From Parcubacteria group bacterium GW2011_GWA1_47_8 (GTDB lineage: Bacteria; Patescibacteriota; Minisyncoccia; Phycocordibacterales; UBA1550): a stretch of 49,143 nt of DNA. The DNA is taken from NCBI GenBank assembly GCA_000996605.1, contig LCOP01000006.1, positions 1-49,143 of the forward strand. The letters are read 5' to 3'. The notes beneath the pieces are model-generated. The model ran no database searches. It was not told where the DNA came from and worked only from the letters and a program-made list of their open reading frames with translations. How positions within the stretch are numbered: position 1 is the first letter of the stretch; the number at the start of each line of letters is the position of its first letter. Positions 17,849-25,442 of this stretch are shown here, piece by piece. The translations under genes and the position numbers were made by a program.

Positions 17849-17862
17849 TCCGAGACTAAGTA

Positions 17863-18687
17863 TCATTCCACCGCTTCGCGGTAGGGGTCGTGGCCTGGAG
17901 GGGTGGGGGCTGTCGGAGCGGGAGCAGGGCTTGGAACTGGGGGCGCTACGGGTGTTTCCGGAACTCCGTAGCGCGGGGTGGTGGGGATTTCTTGGGGTGC
18001 GGGAGTGGGGGTGCTCGTTAAAACCTTTTTCATTTGTTGTTCAAAGGGGTGAAGCTCTGCGGGGGCAGGAGGTACTACGGGGGTTTGCGGTGTCGTGGTT
18101 TGGGGCGGTGGCGAGGGCGGCAAAGGAACCGCTATTTGGGGAGTTTCGATAGGGCGTATTACGGGCGGGCGGGGCGGTATCGGCACCGAAGGAATTTTCA
18201 TCCCAAATGGCGGCAGGCCTTCCTCTGCCGACGGCACGGCAGGTAAACCTTCTTCGGGGGATGGTTTAGGTTTAGGGGTTTCGCTTGGGGGAGCGGTTGG
18301 TGGAGTAGCGTTCTCTGTGGCAGACGGAGAAGGTTTCTCCCCATCGTTTTCCTCAAGACTTGACTCTAAAGATTCCGCCTCTCTTTTTTCTTCCATACGG
18401 GTAGGAGTAATGATTTCTGAGAATACTGCAGATGTTATTTTTTTTGCGGTAGCGTCGTCAATTTTCATTTGATCCATTAGTTTTTTTGAAAATTCTTCCT
18501 CGTCAGCTATTTTCAAGAGAGCCATGTTCGTGAGGGCGTTAAGAAATTCTTTTCCCTCGGGAGGTAGTTGTTGCGAGGCAAGAACAGATTGAACAGCTTG
18601 TTCAATTTCAGGAGTAAAAAGGATATCCTGGGTGCTTCGAGGAAGTTTATCAAACGCGAGCGATATTTGTTCTTCGGTGTAGTCCAT
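17863..18687 (-). CDS. Protein with helical N-terminal domain and long Pro-rich C-terminal tail, unknown function
   Basis: 274-aa ORF in operon context (3-nt gap to the upstream gene). The tail is PxP-rich (PVVPPAPAEL..., PVAPPVPSPAPAPTAPTPP). Confidence 0.6.
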   Translation of the reverse strand: MDYTEEQISLAFDKLPRSTQDILFTPEIEQAVQSVLASQQLPPEGKEFLNALTNMALLKIADEEEFSKKLMDQMKIDDATAKKITSAVFSEIITPTRMEEKREAESLESSLEENDGEKPSPSATENATPPTAPPSETPKPKPSPEEGLPAVPSAEEGLPPFGMKIPSVPIPPRPPVIRPIETPQIAVPLPPSPPPQTTTPQTPVVPPAPAELHPFEQQMKKVLTSTPTPAPQEIPTTPRYGVPETPVAPPVPSPAPAPTAPTPPGHDPYREAVE

Positions 18688-18690
18688 AAA

Positions 18691-20547
18691 TTAAGCGGTA
18701 GCTTCTTTAAGATCCTTATTTATTTGCTTTACCTTTGATCGTGCCTCCGTAAATTCATTAAGGTTTCGTGTTGCCCTCTTCTTTGCGACAATGGCCGCTT
18801 TATGAGCTGGGGTTCCTGCTGTTGCTGCTGCCATATTGGACTCCGCATCTGCCTCTAATGTCTCAAGGGTATCTCTCCTTGTTTCTGCCAGTGCGGTTAT
18901 TGTAGGGTCATCAATATCCCTGGTATCCCCAGGGATTCCGAGGTCTACCCTAAATTTAGCAATAATTGCCTTCTTTTCTGCGTCAAGTTTTTCGCGATTT
19001 TTTTCTCCTTTGCCCACTACCTTTGCTGCTTCTTTTGCTCCAACATTACCACCGGTTCCCGTACGGGATAGATAACCTTTTTCGAGCTGCGTTTGGTATG
19101 CTTGTGCCGCAGTAATATCATTTCCACTCGCATCTTTTACGATAAGAGGCTTCCCGTTTTCGTCAACCGTAACCTTTTTCCCAAATGCTATGTCTTTTGC
19201 TTTGGCATCAGAAACAGTTTTTGCATAATTACTTTCTGTTCCTTTCCCTAAACCAAGATTCCCTCCGGCGCGAGTGTTGCGAATGTCCCAATTCCCCCCC
19301 GCAACTTTTTCATTGAGATTATAAGCTACCCTCCCGATACTATTTGACGACGCCATTCTTTTGAATGTCTCAGATTGCGATGCCTTATAAGCTAGTCCCC
19401 CTACAGTTTTTTGTGCAAGCTTAGCTCCCGTAAGCGCCGTAAACCCGCCAACCGCACCGACAATTTTTTCACCCAGCTCACCAAAAGACCCCGACATGCT
19501 TTTCGCGAGACCAATCGCCTTATTCAATGCTAGATATACGAAAATGACGGTAATCGTGGGAATAAAGATTGTGTCAAAGGTGAAGGTGCCGACGGTTGCA
19601 GTATTCGGCCTCAAGAAAGAATTTAAAAGTCCTCCTTCCCCCAGAATCTTTATGATGATATATAGAAAGAAAAGGAAGACTGGTGCTACAAAGGAAAGAC
19701 CAAGGAGGTTCTTGAGCCATTTTTGGAACTGGTTCCCTTGGGGGAACGTTATCGAGATAAAGGCAAACGGGGAAATGATCATAAGAAACCAAAACCCAAT
19801 AATACGTCCAATGAAAACAACCGCAACCTGGAAAAATGCCAATGCCGCAAAGATGTTGACTAGGGTTCCTATAACAAACAGAACGGTTATTTCCATTGCG
19901 GATAATTTTGTATCCGCGGTTATTTTCATAAATGTTTGCGGTTGGAAATATGTTGCAATGGAGTAAGAGAGATTGCGTTCCGGTATGCCGCCTTTCGTAT
20001 GCGGAGTTGTGGACGGGCTTCCCATTGCACTGTACATTCCCACCGCGAGAACATTCCCCGCGTCGATGACGACTTTGGTGAAAAAGAGACTGAAGTTTAT
20101 GAGGAGCGCGATAATGACGACTTTAATTACGGTTTTTTGCCAATTCCCAAGACCAAGGATCGTCTGTATCCCTGTGTAGAGGAGAATGAAGATAAAGACC
20201 ATATTGGTGAAGCTAAGTATGATCCCCCATATTGTGGTGATAAACTTTTGGTTAAGAAAAACTTTGTCGATGCTTAAGGCAAGCACTGCGTCAAAGATAT
20301 ACGCCGCTCCGGTAAGAAGCATGGATGCAACCGAAAAAACAGCATAAGCGAGATACATCGGAATAAGCATGGGAACATTCGCCAGACAGGTAACCCAATC
20401 CTCCTTACAAGAAAGCTGGGCAATGAGAGAACTTGCGGTAGTGGCATCTGTTGTGGCATCCGCTGACGCCGTCATCGTCATACCAAAGAAAAGTATGGTT
20501 CCGGCGAGGATTGCTATTAGGGTACTTTTTTTAAGATTGATTTTCAT
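18691..20547 (-). CDS. Polytopic membrane protein, putative VirB6/TrbL-like channel component with a hydrophilic C-terminal extension
   Basis: 618 aa with a signal/TM N-terminus and at least 6 hydrophobic helices over residues 50-350, then a Lys/Ala-rich soluble tail. Its position in the VirB3/VirB4 operon supports the call, which is inferred, not motif-proven. Confidence 0.5.
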   Translation of the reverse strand: MKINLKKSTLIAILAGTILFFGMTMTASADATTDATTASSLIAQLSCKEDWVTCLANVPMLIPMYLAYAVFSVASMLLTGAAYIFDAVLALSIDKVFLNQKFITTIWGIILSFTNMVFIFILLYTGIQTILGLGNWQKTVIKVVIIALLINFSLFFTKVVIDAGNVLAVGMYSAMGSPSTTPHTKGGIPERNLSYSIATYFQPQTFMKITADTKLSAMEITVLFVIGTLVNIFAALAFFQVAVVFIGRIIGFWFLMIISPFAFISITFPQGNQFQKWLKNLLGLSFVAPVFLFFLYIIIKILGEGGLLNSFLRPNTATVGTFTFDTIFIPTITVIFVYLALNKAIGLAKSMSGSFGELGEKIVGAVGGFTALTGAKLAQKTVGGLAYKASQSETFKRMASSNSIGRVAYNLNEKVAGGNWDIRNTRAGGNLGLGKGTESNYAKTVSDAKAKDIAFGKKVTVDENGKPLIVKDASGNDITAAQAYQTQLEKGYLSRTGTGGNVGAKEAAKVVGKGEKNREKLDAEKKAIIAKFRVDLGIPGDTRDIDDPTITALAETRRDTLETLEADAESNMAAATAGTPAHKAAIVAKKRATRNLNEFTEARSKVKQINKDLKEATA

Positions 20548-20559
20548 AAAAATAAGATA

Positions 20560-22614
20560 CTAATCATAGACCCCTTTTACTGCGTCTTGCACGAGTGTGG
20601 TGATGAGTGTTTGGATGATTTTATCTAAGCTGTCGGCAAGTCCTATTCGATTCATATCGGTACCAAGGGTTTGCGTCAGTTGCTCCTGCACGATCTTTCC
20701 GGGGGTGGTTACCGGACAGTATGTTTTTTGGTAGAAGATAACATTTTCGGCACCAAGGTAGTTTGGATTATTAGGGTCGGTGATGATCGTCGGGGTGTTT
20801 GCCGTCATAATAAGACGAAGATCTGCCGGATAGGCGCATAGCGCCGGATTATCTGTTTTGTGCAGATCTGCGAAGCCACCCGACCAGCTTAGCTGTTGTT
20901 TTTTTGTATCTGCCGCTTTTTGTTGGCGGCTGTTCAATTCCCTGCTTGCCGTAATCGTGACCCCAAAAGGATTTCCGGCATCATCCATCGCTGTTTCAAA
21001 TGCACGCCAACCTCCGTAACTAAAATCTTCATAGAAGCTACTTGCCGGGTACGAGAAAAGCGGGTCGTCCCCAAAAGGACACTTGACTTTATCTTTGAAC
21101 ATATTGCGGGTGCTCTTTGCGGAAAGTTCGAGATCGTTGGTGAGATCCATTTTGAAAGAAGGGGTGAAGTCGCAAACAGCAACTCCGCGTAACTGCCGTA
21201 CAAAATCACCTCCTACGATATCATTGGAACCATCAAGGAGAACGTTTATGTTTGTGGCGAACGATGGGCTCCCGTTAAATCCTCCCTTGATCCAATTGAC
21301 GGTACTTTCGGTCAGGTTGTTTAACATGAGTTGCCCCATGGTATAAATAAGACAATCTCCGAAATCTTTGAATTGTTGTGTAGCCCCGGATATTCCTGTA
21401 GGAAGTGCCTCTACTGGATTTGTCGTGGGTACGGTAAATACTGCACTCGCTGTTGCAAGGGTTGTAGTGAGTGCCCCTACCGCCCAAGGACCAACTACTG
21501 AAGCAACTGCAACTGCCGCGCAAGGAGTTATGGCGCCGGCAATAAATTTACCCGCCCCCCCGCTTCCCCCGAGTGCCGATCCGGGTCCCGCTCCAGCCCC
21601 TGACGTAGCCGCCCCTGACGTAGCCCCCGCTTTTGCCGCAGAAGCGGAAGCCGAAGCCGACTCCGCCTGCAGTTGGTCATTTGCCGCTTTTATCACCAAT
21701 GCTGTTGCGGCTATTTGAGAATCTGCGATAGTAAAAATTGTTCCCGTATCCGTTTTTAATATTCCTGCGCGCGTTTGTGCGGCTAGAGCTCTTTGAAGGG
21801 TGGCGTCTGCTACATCCCTTGCGTTTTCTGCTTGTCCCCATGCAAAAATGTTAGACGAATTTGTTGCAAGCAATGTTGCTTTTGCCATATTGAATGCATC
21901 TTGAGCTTGCAACACCCATGTGTCGGCTTCTGTGGCGGCTCTTTCTGCTGACACGCGAGCTACTTCTGCCGCCGTTTTTACTTCGCTTGCCGCCGATTGT
22001 GCAAGTGATGTAGCGAGCGATACGGCACCTTGTGCGGAGAGCACTGCTATATTTGCCGCATCTATTGTTGCAACGTTGCTGTTTGCTACCGCTATCGCTC
22101 GCCCCAGTTGTGCGAGGGTTAATTTTGCTTGAGCTATCGTAATGAGTGTTGTTTGTACTTGCGCTACGGTTAATTGCAATTGAGCGATTTGTAACTGTGT
22201 TGCTGCAATATCAAGGTACACGGTTACCTTTTTTTCTTGCGTGTCTGTTGGGCGTTGTTGTATCAGAGCCAATTGAGCTTTTGCCGCATTGACCGGATCT
22301 TGTGCATTTTTTAGCTCTACTTGTGCAGTAAGGTTCGCCGCATCGTATTTTGCCGCAAGGGTTGTTTGCGTGGCTGATGCCGCCGACACGTCAAATCCTT
22401 CTCCGCTTGGACTTTTTAATATTAACTCTGCTGTTGTCACTGCCACGGACAGTTCCGCCATTGCGGCGCTAAGGGAGGCTGCTTGCACTGGGTTTAAAAG
22501 AGAAGATCCCACGGTAGCGATGGTAGCAAGGGAAAGGAAAAATTTTTTGAATAGAAAGATTCCTTTTTTATGTTCAGTTGAGCGAGGTAGATTTTTGAGA
22601 AGTTTCGTAGGCAT
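20560..22614 (-). CDS. Large secreted/anchored protein: Ala-rich coiled-coil-like N-terminal half, Gly/Ala/Ser low-complexity linker, Cys-containing globular C-terminal domain; unknown function
   Basis: 684-aa ORF with signal-like FFLSLATIATVGSSLLNPVQA, a long A/Q/T/L-rich region, the stretch SASASAAKAGATSGAATSGAGAGPG, and a hydrophobic segment before the C-terminal domain. Confidence 0.6.
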   Translation of the reverse strand: MPTKLLKNLPRSTEHKKGIFLFKKFFLSLATIATVGSSLLNPVQAASLSAAMAELSVAVTTAELILKSPSGEGFDVSAASATQTTLAAKYDAANLTAQVELKNAQDPVNAAKAQLALIQQRPTDTQEKKVTVYLDIAATQLQIAQLQLTVAQVQTTLITIAQAKLTLAQLGRAIAVANSNVATIDAANIAVLSAQGAVSLATSLAQSAASEVKTAAEVARVSAERAATEADTWVLQAQDAFNMAKATLLATNSSNIFAWGQAENARDVADATLQRALAAQTRAGILKTDTGTIFTIADSQIAATALVIKAANDQLQAESASASASAAKAGATSGAATSGAGAGPGSALGGSGGAGKFIAGAITPCAAVAVASVVGPWAVGALTTTLATASAVFTVPTTNPVEALPTGISGATQQFKDFGDCLIYTMGQLMLNNLTESTVNWIKGGFNGSPSFATNINVLLDGSNDIVGGDFVRQLRGVAVCDFTPSFKMDLTNDLELSAKSTRNMFKDKVKCPFGDDPLFSYPASSFYEDFSYGGWRAFETAMDDAGNPFGVTITASRELNSRQQKAADTKKQQLSWSGGFADLHKTDNPALCAYPADLRLIMTANTPTIITDPNNPNYLGAENVIFYQKTYCPVTTPGKIVQEQLTQTLGTDMNRIGLADSLDKIIQTLITTLVQDAVKGVYD

Positions 22615-22623
22615 AAAAAGGCG

Positions 22624-23220
22624 TTACATTTTTGAGAAAATCGTGTTGACTTGAATAAGGACATTTGCCCCTGCTTGGTATTTGGTAATCCCGGCAATTC
22701 CTCTCGCCGGGTCTACAAATGCTTGTTGCATGTCTTCGACACCGGAAATGACCATTGCATACCCTGTGATCATGAGAAGATGGACATCCGCCATTATTTC
22801 AGGGGTTTTAATGTGAAGGAGACCGTCAATAAGTTTTTTGTAACTTTCAATCATAGGACCGAGGGGGATAAGTTTTTGCGAATCCTTTGCATCGAGGGCT
22901 TGAGTCACAATAAGAAGTTCGTTCCCTGTGTTTTTTTGAGCAAAGGTGTTGAGTGTCGTACTTAGTTCCTTTTGGTACGCGGCAAATGATTCTGTTGTCG
23001 TTGGAACGATCACGATATCCTCCCGCGTGTAATGCTTTACTGGATTTTGGTCAGGGGTACTTTTTGAAATACTTTGTGCGATTGCTTGCGCATCTGCGTC
23101 ACTAAAAAACCGGCTATTGCTCATAGCGAAAAGAACAATTCCTGCGCCTGCAAGTGTTGCAAGAGCAATGGAGATAATTTTTTTAGAAGGCCGGAGCATG
23201 TGACGATTACTTGAAAGCAA
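22624..23220 (-). CDS. N-terminally anchored small protein, unknown function (first gene of the T4SS-like operon)
   Basis: 198-aa ORF. The likely ATG is at 23199 (MLRPSKKIISIALATLAGAGIVLFAM). TGGTATAAT lies on the minus strand at 23250-23258. Confidence 0.55.
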   Translation of the reverse strand: MLSSNRHMLRPSKKIISIALATLAGAGIVLFAMSNSRFFSDADAQAIAQSISKSTPDQNPVKHYTREDIVIVPTTTESFAAYQKELSTTLNTFAQKNTGNELLIVTQALDAKDSQKLIPLGPMIESYKKLIDGLLHIKTPEIMADVHLLMITGYAMVISGVEDMQQAFVDPARGIAGITKYQAGANVLIQVNTIFSKM

Positions 23221-23298
23221 TGGGTGTTGCCACCTATCCTTACCTATTTAATTATACCAGATACAAAGGAGAATGATACAAGGGGATAAGGAAAATTC

Positions 23299-23307
23299 TG
23301 TGGATAA
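23299..23307. promoter_or_regulatory. Perfect DnaA box TGTGGATAA, 19 nt upstream of a -10 element
   Basis: Exact 9-mer read in sequence. Confidence 0.45.
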
Positions 23308-23317
23308 CAAACATGTT

Positions 23318-23331
23318 TTTTGTGCTATACT
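23318..23331 (+). promoter_or_regulatory. Extended -10 promoter TTTTGTGCTATACT (identical 14-mer at 30376-30389)
   Basis: TGC-TATACT lies 8 nt upstream of the ATG at 23340. Confidence 0.5.
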
Positions 23332-23339
23332 TTTTTTAT

Positions 23340-24602
23340 ATGAAATTTCGCATCGCACTCCTGCTTTTTGCGATAATACCAATACAACTTTTTGGTGCAA
23401 CGACAGGGTTCCCGCGGGATCTTTCGATAGGAATGTCAGGAGAGGATGTGCGGTCATTGCAGGTTGTGCTCAATACAGATCCGGAAACACTGGTTGCGAA
23501 GTCGGGTTTTGGGTCACCGGGGAACGAAACTGCCTATTTTGGTCTTGCCACAAAGCGCGCCCTTACAAAATTTCAGGAGAAATATCGGGAGGATGTGCTT
23601 ATTCCGGTCGGACTTCATGCCGGGACAGGATTTTTTGGAAAAAGAACCCAAGCGAAAGTCTCGGCGTTGTTTCAAAAGCTCGGCGAACCCACTGCTCTCC
23701 AAGAAGTAGTTTCCATGGGAGCACAAAGGGCAACCACAAGTCTTTTTGTTGATTTTAATAGTGTTAAAAAACCCGATACTTTCTCGCGCATAGAAAAAAA
23801 ATATTTTAATATAACACCAAGTGGTCTTGCGACTCTTGGAGAATACTATCGTACCTATGCCCAGATTACATCTGAAGTCACGTTTTCCCAAGAAGACCTC
23901 GGCATGATGAAGAAAAAAATTGAAGTTGCGAACGAAAATGGAGAGAAAAAGGAGAGGGTATTACTGCTCGAAGAGCTGATAGATGAGGCAAAGAGAGGAG
24001 ATACTTCCAAAGAACTGAAAGCATCGTTTATGGCGTGGGCGAATCTAGATAAAAGAATGGTTGCTGAGTTAAAAAAAGTACCTACCACCTTCTCGGCGTT
24101 TGATGCAAACCAAGAAATAGCGAGCTGGTTTCAATATCACGGACTCATTGCAGAACGTTTCGGAAGCGCAACCCTAAGTTCTTTGGAAATGGACGATCTG
24201 CTGAAAGAATTTAAAGCATATGCAGCAACACACGTTGGGTTATATGGGAAGAGTATTGCGAAAGCGCAAGAAAAAGAACCCGCGTTCTTCTCGGTCATCA
24301 ATAAAGCAGAAGCGTCCGGTTGCGGCCTGACTCATTTTGGTGGCAGGGTTGCGTTCTATGTGACCTGCAACTTGGGTACCGTTCACACTATTGCCGGGAC
24401 ATGTGGAGGGCAAGTTTTGTTCAACTGGGCGGTGCAGGCCGCAAATCCTTATCTTTCGCATAATATCTATACCCCCGGCGTTGCCGTGCTTGGAAAATCG
24501 GTTGCTGACCCTATCCTCTTTTGCCCTCTCGGCTTCCCCCCATTCATGGTGCCTATTCCTACCACAGATATCGCTATTTACTATGGGACGGCCGTAATGT
24601 AG
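23340..24602 (+). CDS. Secreted protein with N-terminal peptidoglycan-binding (PG_binding_1-like) domain and Cys-rich C-terminal domain of unknown function
   Basis: Signal peptide MKFRIALLLFAIIPIQLFG. SGEDVRSLQVVLN...FGLATKRALTKFQEKY matches the PG-binding repeat. Transcribed divergently from the T4SS-like operon. Confidence 0.65.
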   Translation: MKFRIALLLFAIIPIQLFGATTGFPRDLSIGMSGEDVRSLQVVLNTDPETLVAKSGFGSPGNETAYFGLATKRALTKFQEKYREDVLIPVGLHAGTGFFGKRTQAKVSALFQKLGEPTALQEVVSMGAQRATTSLFVDFNSVKKPDTFSRIEKKYFNITPSGLATLGEYYRTYAQITSEVTFSQEDLGMMKKKIEVANENGEKKERVLLLEELIDEAKRGDTSKELKASFMAWANLDKRMVAELKKVPTTFSAFDANQEIASWFQYHGLIAERFGSATLSSLEMDDLLKEFKAYAATHVGLYGKSIAKAQEKEPAFFSVINKAEASGCGLTHFGGRVAFYVTCNLGTVHTIAGTCGGQVLFNWAVQAANPYLSHNIYTPGVAVLGKSVADPILFCPLGFPPFMVPIPTTDIAIYYGTAVM

Positions 24603-24614
24603 CAAGGAAAGACA

Positions 24615-25415
24615 TTAGTCACCAATAAGACGCATTGCTTTGGACAAGAGGAACCATTTATCAAAAGGCACGTCTTCGGCGCGGGCGTCGGGGGAAATGT
24701 TTGTAGCGTGAAGGATATTTAGCACTTCTTTTCCGAGCAATTCTTTTAGGTTTCCGGAAAGTTTCTTGCGTTTATGGGCAAAGCCCGCTTTGATGAGGCT
24801 GAAAAATTTTTGCTCGGTTTTTTTGTCTTCAAAATTTCTGCCGGAAATTTCTTTGATGGCGAGAACCGCCGAATCTACTTTTGGTTTCGGAGTGAAGTAG
24901 CGCGCGGGGACTTTTTTTATGAGATGAGGCGTTCCGTACGCTTTTACCGAGAGGGACAGGATGCTTTCTTTGTGGTCACGTGCAATGATGCGATCGGCGA
25001 TTTCTTTTTGCACCATGAGAATGATGCGCTCGGGGCGATGTTTCGCTTCGAGAAATGTCCTTAAGATTTGTCCGGTGATGTAGTAGGGAATGTTCGCAAT
25101 GAGTTTGTATGAAGGCGGTAAAGGAAGGTCAAGCGTTTCAAATATCTCCAAAATATCGCCTTCGATAAGCGTGAAACACCCCGCGCGTATCTCGGCGGCA
25201 AATTTTTCTGCAAGGAATGGAATGAGTCGCATGTCCTTTTCAACCGCAATGACGTGTGCTCCTGAGGCGAGAAGCTCTGCGGTGAGGAACCCCTTCCCCG
25301 GCCCGATCTCGAGCACGGTGTCCTTGACGGCAAGCTCCCCCGCGCGGACGATGTCGCGCGCTATTGATTTTGAATTTAGAAAATTTTGTCCGAGAGTTTT
25401 TTTCGCGCGGAGCAT
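24615..25415 (-). CDS. rsmA: 16S rRNA (adenine1518/1519-N6)-dimethyltransferase RsmA/KsgA
   Basis: KKTLGQNFL, EIGPGKGFLT, NIPYYIT motifs. 266 aa. Confidence 0.9.
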   Translation of the reverse strand: MLRAKKTLGQNFLNSKSIARDIVRAGELAVKDTVLEIGPGKGFLTAELLASGAHVIAVEKDMRLIPFLAEKFAAEIRAGCFTLIEGDILEIFETLDLPLPPSYKLIANIPYYITGQILRTFLEAKHRPERIILMVQKEIADRIIARDHKESILSLSVKAYGTPHLIKKVPARYFTPKPKVDSAVLAIKEISGRNFEDKKTEQKFFSLIKAGFAHKRKKLSGNLKELLGKEVLNILHATNISPDARAEDVPFDKWFLLSKAMRLIGD

Positions 25416-25442
25416 GGTGTTAAAAATTTTTATAACTACATA

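Noticed and set aside
17838-18472. Plus-strand ORFs rich in Gly/Arg/Trp (17838-18152, 18034-18246, 18095-18472)
   Set aside because: These are mirror frames of the proline-rich (CCN) tail of the 17863-18687 gene, where GGN antisense codons keep the frames open by chance.
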